Below, piece after piece: positions 44,201 to 56,100 of a DNA stretch of 64,000 nucleotides. Position numbers and translations under genes: made by a program. Each line of letters begins with the position of its first letter. Position 1 is the first letter of the stretch. Below the pieces are notes generated by a model. That model did no database searches. It worked only from the letters and a program-made list of their open reading frames with translations, and had not been told where the DNA came from. Origin of the DNA: a virus; the IMG/VR virus record IMGVR_UViG_3300002854_000001, positions 6,398-70,397 of that record. One strand, written 5' to 3'.

Positions 44201-47200
44201 ATGGCGGACGACATCAAGATCGGGTTGGACGGGAAGCCGCTGGCGGATGCCGCGGCTCCCGCCATCAACTACCTCAAGCAGTTCAACGCTCTCATCGATG
44301 AGCTTGACAAGCGAACACTCAAGGGCCTGGCCCGGGAGTCTCGCGACCTTGTCACGCAGCTCAAGGAGATGGGACGCGAGGTCTCCAGCAGCAGTGAGAA
44401 GCTGGTCGCCAGCCTTTCCGACGCGGTAAGCAAGGCAGGGAAGGATGCCAAGACGAAGGGGAAGGCCACGTTCCGAGAGGCCGGCAGGGCCTCTGGCGTC
44501 GATTTCGTCGACGCGCTGGAGCAGGAGGTTGCCAAAGCCAAGGTCAAGCTTTCCGCGCCACGGATGGTCCTGCCGAGCGGCCTCACGGCTAGCGTCGGGG
44601 GCAATGGCCTGGGATCAGCAGATGCAGTGTTGTCGGAGGCCCGCAAGCTTATGGCGGAGAGCGGCGCAAGGACTGCACAAGATATCGCAGCAGAGGCGAA
44701 GGCGCGAGGTGCCCTGCTGAAGATGGAGTCGGACAGCTCTCGGCTCACCTACGCCTACAGGAACAACTACCTCAAGTCGGAGGATGCGGACAAGCGAAAG
44801 TCCGCTTTGCAAGAGCAGGCGGATGCCAATCGCACATTCAGCTTCCGAAGCAGCTACTACAGGGCCGAGCAGCTGCAGGCCCGCAAGACAGCCGCTCAAG
44901 AACAGGCGGACGCAAACCGCACGTTCCAGATGCGGGAGCGATATCTCAAGGCCGAGGAGTCCGCAACGCGCCGCGCCGCGGCCGTGCGTGCAACCGGAAT
45001 CGATCGCGATGCGAGCTTCCTTGCGGCAACGCCGGCTGCGCAGTTGTCACGCGCTACCAGAGTCGCATCGGCAAGGTCCATGGGCCTGTCGGAAGCTGAT
45101 GCTGTCGCGAAGTACGGGGCAGCGGCGGTCGCGGCGTCGCGCGACCTGGATCGCCTGAAAGGTGCTCAAGACGGGCTGCACGCCAGCTTTACGTCGGGCG
45201 TCTCCAGCAGCCGCGAAATGCACTCGGCAGTTCGAGGCCTTGCTGGTGCAGCCAACGCGCTATTCCTGACCTATGGCTCCCTGATCCCTCTAACTGCGAC
45301 GTTCTTCACGGCGACCGCGGTGAAGGAAGCCATCAACTCGTACAAGGATCTCGAGTACCAGATCAAGTTCGTCCGGGCGCTCGAGGAGGACGGGGGCAAG
45401 GGCGTCAGTGAGCGTTCGATGCGGCTGCAGACCGGCGACATCGCAGTCAAGGCAGGCTACGACCCCCTCGAGTCGTCCAAAGGGTTGCGCCTGCTTGCGC
45501 AATCCGGCCTGACCGCGCAAGAGGCGCTCGCGGGCCTCCCGGCAGTACTGAACACCGCGCGTGTAGGCGAGCTGGGCGTGGCGGAGGCGACGGAGACGCT
45601 GACTGGGCAGGTTCATGCGTTTGGCCTGCAAATGTCCGACATGGAGCACGTCGGGGACGTGCTGGCCAAGGCCGGGGCTATCTCGAACACCAGCGTGGGC
45701 AAGATGTCGGAGTCGATGAAGCAGGCATCGACGATTGCCCAGCAATACGGCCTGAAGATCGAAGAGGTTTCGACGATCTTGGTGGCGATGGCCAAGCGCA
45801 ACATCACCGGTTCAGCGGCCGGCACGGCGACGGCCAACTTGTTCCGAGAGCTCGGCAGCCCGCATGGCAAGGAGGCGAAGCAGATCGCCAAGGACCTGGG
45901 GATCAGCCTCTGGGATCCCCTGGACAAGTCGCGCAAGGACTTCTTCGAGCGCTTCGTGCCGGAGCTCCGCAAGAGCCTGGAGGTGCTCAACCCCGAGAGT
46001 CAGGCCTATGTGCTCAACCGTCTGACGAACAACAGGGGCGAGAAGGCACTGGGCGCGCTGCTTGGGCTGACGGATGAAGCGCTGGCCGACATCAAATCGA
46101 AGCTCGAGCAGGCTTCGGGATTCACAGCACAGGCCAACGAACAGCTGATGGACTCGGTACAGGGCGACCTAGACCGCCTGAAGGCAGCTTTCACCAATGC
46201 ACTGGCCGAGGCCGGATCGAACGGCTCGGCCGACTTCAGGGGCGCCCTGCAGGGAATTCACGAGATTCTGGCATCGCAGGGTTTCCAGCAGGGACTGAAC
46301 AGCCTGGTCAAGGGTTTCGGCGCACTTGCCAACCTGGGCGTGGGTGCCGCGGAGGCTCTTGGCCTAGTGTATGGGTGGGTAAGCAAGCTGTTGATCCTGC
46401 CGGAGCTGATCGGCTCTATCGGCCAGCTGTACGACAAGCTCAAAGACCCCAGTGGCACGAACTCGGCGATCGCCCAAGGCAACGCCTACATCACAAACCT
46501 GGACGCCCAGATCCGCAAGGTTCGAGAGCTGATCGCAGAGAAGGCGCGCGCCGACGGCAAAGAACCGGAACAAGGGTTGGCCGCTCTTCGCTCCGTTCGG
46601 GATCGAGCAGAGGTCGAACTGAAAGCTGCAACCGCGGCGCGCGACAAGATCCTCTCAGATCAGGCGGCTGGCCGCCCGGCAATCATGGGGTTCGAAGGCC
46701 AAAACTTCGCTCGTGCGAAGCGTCAGTACGACGACGCACAGGCGAAGCTGCTTCACGCGCACGATCTGCGCATTGGTCTTATCGCTGCACAAAGAGAGCA
46801 GCAGGGAACTGCGGAGCCTACCGTGCAACTCGGCAACGCGCTCTCGACTGGAACCCAGGAATACAAGCTCCCCGAGAAGCCCGATCGCGCGGCCGCCGCG
46901 GCTGCCAGGCGCGCTGCAGACGAGGACTTCAAGAACGAGAAGCGACAGCTTGATCTCATCGCCTCCGGTAACAAGCTGCTGGTGGAACAGGTCGATACGG
47001 AGGCGAAATCACGCGAGAACACGCTGCAACAGAGCTATGCGCGCGGGCTTCTGGACTATGAGTCATACCAGCAGAAGCTCACCCAGGCTCAGCAGGAGCA
47101 CGCCCTCGTGCGCATCAACCTGGCTGAGGCCGAGCAGAGCGCGATCAAGGTGGGCCTTGCGGCGCTGAAGCAAAAGGCGGCCGCGCAGAAGGCTGCCGGA

Positions 47201-48460
47201 AAGGCGGACACCGACGACGCGCTTGCCAACGAGATCCAGTCTCAGACTCAGAAGTACCTGGCCGCGGAGCAAAAGGTGACCAACCTCCTTGCGGAACAGA
47301 AAGCGGCGTCGGAGAAGGTTCTCACGGAGCGCCTCAAGCCGGCCGCCGATCTGATCCGCAATTCGGAGAAGGAATCCGCGCTCGAGGACGAGCGCATGCG
47401 CCAGGAACTGGCCAAGCTGCAGGTCAAGGGTTCCGGTCTGGCCCTGAGCGAGCGCGAGCAATTCGTGCAGTCGGAGATCCTGCGGATCATGGGCGAGCAG
47501 GAGAAAAAGCTCGCTGGTGCGCAGGCCATCATGCGTGACCTGGAGAAGGCGGGCGTCTTCGCGCAGGCGGACGCAATCCCTGAGTTGGCTGAAGCTCGCA
47601 GCCGCCTGCAGGCGCTTATCGACTCGCGCCGCACCACCGTCGATTCCGCGCGGCCGGTCATTGCCGCAGCTGCTGGACGAACGTTCGACGAGAAGCAATG
47701 GGCGACCACGGCCCAACGCCTCTCGAACTCAGTAGAAGGCTCTGTCAAGGACGGCCTCGTTGCTGGTTTGATGGGTGACTCCACGGCGTTCCAGAACCTT
47801 GGTCAGACCCTGCAGAAGACAGTGGTCACGGCACTGGTCGATGCGTTCTACGACGCATTCGTGAAGGATGCGGTCAACGGTCTCGCGCAATCGCTGGTCA
47901 GCAGCCTGCGCGACGCTCTCTCAAGTACGTCCGGCGGCGCCAAGTCGGGAAGCGGCCTGTTCGGTTCGTTGCTGAACATCGGCGGCGCGCTGGCCGGCGT
48001 TCCAAACCTCGGCACGTCCCTGAACGTCGCGAACTCGGTGGGCATGGCCGGCGGCGATTCGCTTGGGTCGCTGATCGGGCTGATGGGATGGTCGGGAGGC
48101 GGATTCACGGGGCAGGGCGGGAAGTACGAGCCTGCCGGCGTGGTCCACCGAGGCGAGTTCGTGGTCAACGCCGAGAACACTCGCCGCCTCGGACTCGGCT
48201 TCCTCAACAGCTTGAACGCACCGGGCTACGCCGACGGCGGCTTCGTTGGTATGGAGTACGGCCCCTCGCTCCGATCGAACCCCGCAGCACGCGAGCCGGC
48301 GAACTCGGCAGCGTCGATCACCTTCGCACCAGAGACTCACATCAACGTGGACTCCCGGAGCGACCGCGCCGCGGTGATCGCGGATGTCCAGCGCGTGGTG
48401 GCGGAAAGCCAGAAGTCGCAAACCGAGCAGTTGAAGAGGTTGGGAGTGATTCCGCAATGA
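44201..48460 (+). CDS. Tape measure protein
   Basis: About 1419 aa helical protein; TP901-type core (GLRLLAQSG..GSAAGTA); C-terminal GGFTGQGGKYEPAGVVHRGEFV. Confidence 0.92.
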   Translation: MADDIKIGLDGKPLADAAAPAINYLKQFNALIDELDKRTLKGLARESRDLVTQLKEMGREVSSSSEKLVASLSDAVSKAGKDAKTKGKATFREAGRASGVDFVDALEQEVAKAKVKLSAPRMVLPSGLTASVGGNGLGSADAVLSEARKLMAESGARTAQDIAAEAKARGALLKMESDSSRLTYAYRNNYLKSEDADKRKSALQEQADANRTFSFRSSYYRAEQLQARKTAAQEQADANRTFQMRERYLKAEESATRRAAAVRATGIDRDASFLAATPAAQLSRATRVASARSMGLSEADAVAKYGAAAVAASRDLDRLKGAQDGLHASFTSGVSSSREMHSAVRGLAGAANALFLTYGSLIPLTATFFTATAVKEAINSYKDLEYQIKFVRALEEDGGKGVSERSMRLQTGDIAVKAGYDPLESSKGLRLLAQSGLTAQEALAGLPAVLNTARVGELGVAEATETLTGQVHAFGLQMSDMEHVGDVLAKAGAISNTSVGKMSESMKQASTIAQQYGLKIEEVSTILVAMAKRNITGSAAGTATANLFRELGSPHGKEAKQIAKDLGISLWDPLDKSRKDFFERFVPELRKSLEVLNPESQAYVLNRLTNNRGEKALGALLGLTDEALADIKSKLEQASGFTAQANEQLMDSVQGDLDRLKAAFTNALAEAGSNGSADFRGALQGIHEILASQGFQQGLNSLVKGFGALANLGVGAAEALGLVYGWVSKLLILPELIGSIGQLYDKLKDPSGTNSAIAQGNAYITNLDAQIRKVRELIAEKARADGKEPEQGLAALRSVRDRAEVELKAATAARDKILSDQAAGRPAIMGFEGQNFARAKRQYDDAQAKLLHAHDLRIGLIAAQREQQGTAEPTVQLGNALSTGTQEYKLPEKPDRAAAAAARRAADEDFKNEKRQLDLIASGNKLLVEQVDTEAKSRENTLQQSYARGLLDYESYQQKLTQAQQEHALVRINLAEAEQSAIKVGLAALKQKAAAQKAAGKADTDDALANEIQSQTQKYLAAEQKVTNLLAEQKAASEKVLTERLKPAADLIRNSEKESALEDERMRQELAKLQVKGSGLALSEREQFVQSEILRIMGEQEKKLAGAQAIMRDLEKAGVFAQADAIPELAEARSRLQALIDSRRTTVDSARPVIAAAAGRTFDEKQWATTAQRLSNSVEGSVKDGLVAGLMGDSTAFQNLGQTLQKTVVTALVDAFYDAFVKDAVNGLAQSLVSSLRDALSSTSGGAKSGSGLFGSLLNIGGALAGVPNLGTSLNVANSVGMAGGDSLGSLIGLMGWSGGGFTGQGGKYEPAGVVHRGEFVVNAENTRRLGLGFLNSLNAPGYADGGFVGMEYGPSLRSNPAAREPANSAASITFAPETHINVDSRSDRAAVIADVQRVVAESQKSQTEQLKRLGVIPQ

Positions 48461-49080
48461 GCATCGTGACGATTCCTACGGGCATGATCTTCAAGCGACA
48501 GGATTTCGGCACCAGAGATTTCGGCCTCGATTTCTCGAACGCCGACTCCGGCGCATCGCAAACGGCGATCAATGGTCCCCCACGCCTGACATGCAGCCTT
48601 GTCGCCAATGATTCGATGGATCGAGGCGAGGCTGCGGTCTGGCGCTCGCTGGTGCTGTCCCTCAAGGGAAGAGTCAACCAACTCGCCGTCTATGACCTCC
48701 TGAATGCCGCGCCACGAGGTACCCTGAGAGGGACGCTGACACTAGCGACGGCAGCTGTCGCCGGCGCCGACTCAGTGCGAATCTCAGGCACTTCGGCCCA
48801 GGCCGGGAAAACTCTTCTCGCCGGGGATTGGATTGGGGTAAACCAAGGCGGCACGAACCGGCAACTGCTGCACGTCCAGTCGGACGCGGTGGCGGATGCT
48901 GCTGGAGTGATCGTGGTCAGCGTTGCCCCAAACCTCAGGGTCGGAGTTGCCCTAGGAAGCGCCGTGACCTGGGACAAGCCCACCTGCTTGATGAGGCGAA
49001 CTACGCAAGAAAACTCCTGGTCAAGCAGTGGCGCGACTCAGGGCGCCTTCAATCTCGATTTGATGGAAGACTGGTCGTAG
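48457..49080 (+). CDS. Distal tail (Dit-like) protein
   Basis: Coupled to TMP; synteny. Confidence 0.65.
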   Translation: MSIVTIPTGMIFKRQDFGTRDFGLDFSNADSGASQTAINGPPRLTCSLVANDSMDRGEAAVWRSLVLSLKGRVNQLAVYDLLNAAPRGTLRGTLTLATAAVAGADSVRISGTSAQAGKTLLAGDWIGVNQGGTNRQLLHVQSDAVADAAGVIVVSVAPNLRVGVALGSAVTWDKPTCLMRRTTQENSWSSSGATQGAFNLDLMEDWS

Positions 49081-49090
49081 AGCCGTACCC

Positions 49091-49128
49091 GGGGATTCCC
49101 ATCGGCGCGGGGGGGCATCCAGTATGCC
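49091..49128 (+). promoter_or_regulatory. Candidate late promoter (tail tip)
   Basis: GGGGATTCC-N20-CAGTATGCC. Confidence 0.55.
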
Positions 49129-49152
49129 GCGCACAACACGCGCTTCCCGCAC

Positions 49153-49773
49153 ATGGCTCTCACTACCAACACAGGCTTTCAGGCTGCCGCATCCGCGGCG
49201 GCCTACGGGCAACTTGCGCTCGTCGAGCTGCAGCTGCGCTCAGGCATGCTGCGGCTGACCAACTGGCCGCTCTCGATCACAGCGCTAGGTCAGAACTGGG
49301 TAGGGGTTGGCTCTCTCGGCTCCGTCGGTGATCTCCATGAAAGCGAGGACGGCGCGTCGGAGAAGCTGACGCTGACCCTTTCCCCTGTCGACGTCGGCAC
49401 TCGCGCTCTCGCATTGGGTGACCCGGCGGAGTACCAGGACCGGCGCGTGCGAGTGTGGATAGCACTGCTTGACGCTCAGACGCTGCAGATCTCAGGCACC
49501 CCCGTCCTGCGATTCGTCGGGGTCATGGACAAGATGCGGATCGAGCGGGACGAGACGAACGCCACCATCGAAATGGAATGCCGGACGGCCTCCTACGACT
49601 TCCGCAGCAACCCAGCCGCGCTGCGCATGAACCACAGCCAGCATCAAGCACGCCATCCCGGTGAGCTCGGGTTCGCCTACCTTCAAAACCTCATCGGAAA
49701 CCCATCCATCTGGGTTGGCCTTGTCCTCCAGACGTGGCTCAAGTTCCGAGCGATTCTCAAGAGTGGTGCATGA
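49153..49773 (+). CDS. Tail tip/hub protein
   Basis: LRLTNW..GVGSLGSV..R.NHSQHQARHPGELGFAYL. Confidence 0.7.
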   Translation: MALTTNTGFQAAASAAAYGQLALVELQLRSGMLRLTNWPLSITALGQNWVGVGSLGSVGDLHESEDGASEKLTLTLSPVDVGTRALALGDPAEYQDRRVRVWIALLDAQTLQISGTPVLRFVGVMDKMRIERDETNATIEMECRTASYDFRSNPAALRMNHSQHQARHPGELGFAYLQNLIGNPSIWVGLVLQTWLKFRAILKSGA

Positions 49774-50183
49774 CCGACCTCGACCTGTTCATTCACGAGC
49801 GGCGAGACGCCAGCTTTTCTTACTTCGAGCGCGACTGCGCAACCCTCGCTGCGGACTGGGTACGTGAAAAGCGGGGGAACGACCCGTTGGCGCCGCTTCG
49901 CGAGTCCGGTGGCCCGCTTGCCCAGCGAAAGCTGCTCGCTGCGCTTCGATTCGTTCGCGCTTCCGGCGGCTTCGAGCAAGCCGGCAGCGCGCTGCTCGGG
50001 CCTTCGAAGCCGGGCCTCATGGCTTTCCGCGGGGATGTGGTGCTTGCGCGCAGCGGCCGCGCTGAGGGGCGTGTGTCGGGCTTCAGCTTTGGGATCTGCA
50101 CGGGCTCGCACATCGTGGCACCCGGCCCCAATCAACTTGAATTTCTGCCATTGACCGCTGGAGTAGCTGCATGGGCAATCTGA
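49770..50183 (+). CDS. Tail tip NlpC/P60-like protein (DUF6950-like)
   Basis: FSYFERDCATLAADWV..RGDVVL. Confidence 0.7.
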   Translation: MTDLDLFIHERRDASFSYFERDCATLAADWVREKRGNDPLAPLRESGGPLAQRKLLAALRFVRASGGFEQAGSALLGPSKPGLMAFRGDVVLARSGRAEGRVSGFSFGICTGSHIVAPGPNQLEFLPLTAGVAAWAI

Positions 50184-53100
50184 TGAAGTGGGTGCGCGCG
50201 GCGCGGGGCCCTGCCGTGTTCCTTGGTTTGCTGGGCGCATGCGGCGCTGCGATGGCAGAGCCGATCTCATCCATCCTCTACGCCATCGGCACTGCTGTTG
50301 GCGCCTCTGCCGCCACAGCTGCAGCGGTAGGCGGGTTGATCGTCAGCGCGGCGGTCTCGTTCGTGAGCAGCGCGTACGCTTCGAGCCAAGCCAAGAAGAA
50401 GGCCCGGCAGGCAGCCGCGCGGAAGTTCGCAGAGGACGTCGCCAATCTGAAGGATCGCACAGCGACGCTGCTCCAGTCAGACTCACCGTGGCCAACCATC
50501 TACGGCGCGCCTGCGCGCGTTGGTGGTTCGGTGGCCGCTGTGCTCAGCAGCGGCCTTGGCGATGAGTACAAGCACATCGTGATCGTGTTCGCCGCCCATG
50601 AGTCGGAGGCGATCGATGAGATCTTCATCGACGGCGAGAGCGTCGGAAGCATCGATGAAGGCGGCTGGGCGGACGGTGAAAAATTCCAGCTGAAAGCGGA
50701 ATACGCAGGCGACTTGTCAGCCGGCCCAGCCGTCAATGTGCAGTTCCACACCTCCCCTGGCGGCGTCGACACCGCAGACCAGTTCCTCAAGGGGAGCGTC
50801 GATCGCACGTTCCCCGGCCTGAACCTTTGGACTGACGAGCACAGGCTCAGCGGTTACACCTATGCGGTCATCACGCTCAATCTCTTCCTCGAGCGTTTCC
50901 AAGGCGGCCTGCCAGAGATCACGGCTCGGATCCGGGGCAAGAAGGTCTACGACCCGCGGACTGGCCTGACGAAGTTCTCGCGCAATCCCGCGCTTTGCCT
51001 CACAGACTTTCTGCGGTCGGAGGTCGGATATCAAGCGGCGCAGGAACAGGTCGATGAGGCTGCACTCATCGCTGCGGCGAATGCGTGCGACGAGATCGTC
51101 TACAGCGCGGGGGATGCGCTGAACTACGGGAACTCGAACGCTCGCTATGTGTGCGATGGCATGTTCCGCTCCGACCAGGATCGAGAGAGCACTCGCCAGC
51201 AGATCGAAGAATCGATGGCCGGCTTCTCACTGGAATCGGGCGGCGTGTGGCGCATCCAGGCAGGGGCCTGGAGCACGCCAGTTCTTGCTCTCACCGACGA
51301 GGACATGCTGGCCCCCATCGTGGTTGGCCAGACCTGTAACGCAACAAACGCGCGCTACAACGGAGCGCGCGGCACCTACGTGAACGCTGCCGGCAACGGC
51401 ATCAGCGAGGACTTCACCCCGTACCAGAATTCGGTGTTCCGGGCGTCCGACGAAAAGGACAAGTGGTACGACATGGCGCTGACTTTTACGTCTTCGCATA
51501 TGCGCTGCCAGCAGCTTGCCCGCGTCTACGTCGAGCAAAGCCGCGGGGGCTTCGTGCTGCAGATCCAGCCGAAAATGAAGGCCTGGCATCTCCAACCCGG
51601 CGACCGGATCGTCTTGTCGAGCGCGCTGTACGGCTTCGCGAACAAGACTTTCCGCGTCCAAGACTGGACCTACTCTGCGCGTGCACCGCTCGCACTGGTC
51701 GTCATCGAGGACATTCCGGCCTTCTACGACCTGGCCGATGAGGTCCTGATCGACCCCGCGCCGAACACCAACCTCCCCAGCCCGTTCCTGGCGCCTGAGG
51801 CGCCTATGGACGTGACGGTTACCAGCGGCCAGGATCTCATGGTCCAACAAGGGCCGGTGCGCATCGTGCGCGCCCAGGTCAAGTGGGCGGCCTGGTCGGA
51901 CGCTGGGGCCGCTCGGGGCGGCGCGGTGCGGGTGCAGTGGCGCCTCAAGCAGGCGAACGAAGAGTGGCAGACGACCGACCTTCCCGGCACCGCCACCGAG
52001 ACCTTCCTGCTTGGCCTCCAAGTTGGCGGGATCTACCAAGTGCGTCTGCGGTTTCAGACCGCCTACGCCTCGAGCAGCTGGTCGATCGTCGAGCATGGGA
52101 TCACGGGTAAGACCGATGCGCCGAGCTCAGTTGACGGCCTGACCGTCACGATCGAAAGCGATGGGGTCTACGCACGTTGGAACCGACCAGCGGGCCTTGA
52201 CCTCATCGACTGGAACCTCACCGAACTACGCATCGGCGACGAGTTCACGACCGCCGTCGACGTCTGGTCGGGCAAGGCGGAGCAGGCCAACCTTGGATGG
52301 CTGAAGGCCGGCCTCGTCAAGGTCTGGGCGCGCCACGGCGACACGACCGATCGTTGGTCCACGCCGGTGTCCAACTTGATCGAGATTCTCGTCCCTGTGC
52401 AGCCGGTGGTGACCGGTGAAGCTTTCCGTGACCAGGTGGAGCTCTCCTGGCCGCCTTGCGGAACTTCGCTGCCCATTCGGGGCTACGACGTGCGCGTCGG
52501 TGCGTCATTCGCTGCTGCCCAAGCCCTAGGCACCGTCGATGCACTGGGCTACAAGTACACGCAGACCGTCCCGGGCACCTACATCTACTGGGTCTCACCG
52601 GTGGACATGGCGGGGAACCGCGGCGCCCCAGGTTTCAAGCAGCTGGTCACGCTGCCTGGGATTCAAGAGTCGTTGGATGAGCTCCACGAAGGGCTGGACG
52701 ATATCGTCGCCGATCTGGGGCAGGCGAAACAGGACATCACGAAGGAGGTCCAGGACCGCACTGCGGCGGATCAGGCCGAGGCGACCGCGAGGTCGAACGC
52801 TGTTGCCGCGGAAGCCACGGCCCGCGCGAACGCCCTGGCGGCCGAACAGACCGCCCGCACGAACGCGATCACCACGCAGGCGAACCGGATCACGCAGGAG
52901 ATCACGGACCGAGGCGCGGCCATCACGGCAGAGCAGACGGCCCGCGGCAACGCAATTTCCGCCGAGCAGACGGCGCGAGCGAACGCCCTGGCCGCTGAGG
53001 TCACGGCCCGCAATGCTGCCATCGCGGTCGAGACCGCGAACCGGACCAACGCCCTCACTGCCGAAGCAACCGCCCGGACAAATGCGATCACCACGGCTGT

Positions 53101-56100
53101 CAGCGCCGAGACTGCGGCGCGCAACCAGGCGATCTCCGCGGAGGCAACGCTGCGCACCAACGCCGATCAGGCAGAGGTCACGGCGCGGACCAACGCCATC
53201 CTCGCCGAGTCGCAGTCCCGCGAGGCAGCGATCGCTTCCGAGGCGAGCGCCAGGTCAACGGCCGACCAGGCCGAGGTCACCGCGCGCCAGAACCTTGCCA
53301 CCCAGCTGCAGAACGCCGACCAGGTGCTCACCTCGGCGATCCAGAACGAAGCCACCATCCGATCGTCCGCCGACGCGGCGGAGGTCTCCCAGCGGGAGTC
53401 CCTGGGCATCACTCTCATGGGCCGCGCGGACGTGGCAGCGACGCTCTCCCGCGTGGTGGGCCCATCGCTGCGAGCGAGCTTCGCTGCCGCTGCCGTCGTT
53501 GCCGTGTGGGAGCTGCCTACGCCCCCGACCAGCGGCTGGCTGTATGACGAGCAACAGGCCCGCATCACCTCCGATAGCGCGGAAGTCTCCGCCCGCGAGT
53601 CCCTGGCAGCCCAGATGCGCGGGACCTACGCGGGGACCGACCTTGCGCAGGTCACCAGCGGCCTGATCTACACCGAGCGCCAGGCGCGCGTCACTGCCGA
53701 CCAGGCCGAAGTGACCGCGCGACAAGCCCTCGAGACGACCGTCACCAACAACAAGTCGACCACCGACGCGGCGATCGTGTCGGAGCAGAACGCCCGCACC
53801 ACGGCCGACAGCGCCCTGGGTACCCGGGTCGATACCCTGACGACGACGGTCAACACCGACCGCACGAACGCCAACACCGCGATCACCAGCGAACAGACGG
53901 CTCGAACGAACGCCGACAGCGCGCTCGGGACGCGGATCGACACGCTGACCACCACGGTCAACAACAACCAGACCACGGGCAGCGCCGCGATCGTGGGCGA
54001 GGCCAGCGCGCGCGCGGCAGCCGATGCCGCCGAGGCGGCCCAGCGCCAATCCCTGGCCACCTCCATCACGGGTATGCCCAACCCGGCCGACCAGCTCGGC
54101 GCGGTGGTCGGCGAATCCCTGACGCTTGATTTCGGTGGAACCGCCTACAACGTCTGGCAGAAGCCCGCCGTCGATACGCTGTCGTCGGGCCTGATCTTCG
54201 AGGAGCGTCAGGCGCGCGTGACCGCGGACAGCGCGGAAGTCACTGCACGCCAGGCGCTCGAGGCCGTCGTGAATACCAACAAGGGCTCGGCTGAAGCGGC
54301 GATGACCGCCGAACAGACCGCCCGCGCGAACGCCGACGCGGCCGAAGTCACCGCTCGGGAAGCCTTCCAGACGCAGATGCGCGGCACCTATGCCGGCACC
54401 GACCTGGCACAGGTGAGCACCGGCTTGATCGCTGCCGAGAAGACCGCTCGCACCACTGCGGACACGGCCATTGTCGGCACCGTCACGGCGCTGCAGACCA
54501 CCGTCACCAACAACAAGAGCGCTGCCGACGCGGCGATCCTGGCAGAGCAGACAGCCCGCGCGGACGCTGACGCTGCCGAGGTGACGGCCCGCCAGGCGCT
54601 TCAGACCACGGTCACGTCGAACAAGACCACCACCGACGCCGCGATCGTTGCAGAGCAGAACGCTCGTTCGACCGCTGACGGCGCGCTGGGGACGCGCATC
54701 GACGGGGTGATTGCGACCGCCACGACCGACCGCACCAACGCGAGCACCGCGATGACCACCGAGCAGACGGCCCGGGCCAGCGCGGACACAGCGCTGGGCA
54801 CCCGGATCGACACGCTCACCACGACCGTCATCACCGACCGCGGCGCCGCCAGCACTGCGATCACGAACGAACAGACTGCACGCGCGAGCGCGGACACGGC
54901 GCTGGGCGGCCGAATCGACACGCTGACGTCCACCGTCTCGGACAACAAGACGACGGCTCAGGCGGCGGTCAACGACGAGGCCGCCACCCGCGCCACGGCG
55001 GACACCGCCGAGGCCATTCAGCGCGCGTCCCTGGGCGTCGTGCTGACCGGCGCGCCGGCGCCTTCCAACACCCTGGCGGGCGTTGTGGGCCCCTCGCTGA
55101 AGGTGAGCATGACCGGCGGGTCGCTGGGCGTCTGGGAGCCGATGGCGCTCGACGTGCTGTCTTCGGGCTTGATCTTCGATGAGCGTCGAGCTCGCATCAC
55201 GGCCGACAGCGCAGAAGTCACCGCCCGCCAGGCACTTGCTACGACCGTCACCAACAACAAGACGACGACCGATGCGGCGATCGCGGCTGAGCAGACGGCG
55301 CGCTCGAACGCGGATGCCGCCGAGGTGACGGCGCGCGAGTCACTGGCCACCCAAATGCGCGGCACTGCCACGGGCACCGACGTCGCCACCGTGACCAGCG
55401 GCCTGCTCTTCTCGGAGAAGACGGCCCGCACGACGGCAGACACGGCGATCGCCAATTCGGTGACCGCCCTGAGCACCACGGTCACCAACAACAAGACGAC
55501 GACCGACGCCGCCATCCTGGCTGAGCAGACAACGCGCGCATCGGCCGATACGGCCAACGCAACCGAGATCGCCGCCGTCAAGGCCACGGTTACCGGCAAC
55601 AAGACCTCGACCGACGCCGCGATCAACAGCGAGGCCAGCGCCCGAGCAACCGCAGACGCGGCCGAGGCGACCCGGCGCGAAGCACTGTCGGCATCGGTCA
55701 TGGGCATGCCCAACCCGGCCATCACGCTCGACACCGTGGAAGGTCAGTCGCTCGACCTCGATTTCGGCGTGGCGAACTACCAGGCCTGGTTCAAGCCGAG
55801 CTACGAGACCTTGAGCTCGGGCTTGCTGTACGAAGAGCGCCAGTCCCGCATCACGGCGGACAGCGCCGAGGTCTCCGCTCGCCAGCTGCTCGAGGCCAAG
55901 GTCACCTCGAACAAGGCCGAGACCGACGCGGCGATCGTGAACGAGCAGACCGTGCGATCGACCGCGGACACCGCCAACGCCAACAACATCAACTCGCTGT
56001 CGGCCGTGGTGAACAGCACCACCGACGGGCTGCCAAGCCGCGCGTCGAACACGGCCCTTACGGCCCTGTCCACCCGGGTGACCAATGCCGAAGGGCTGAT

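Noticed and set aside
44750-44960. About 29-aa repeats (QEQADANRTF) in the tape measure protein
   Set aside because: Internal repeats are ordinary for TMPs.
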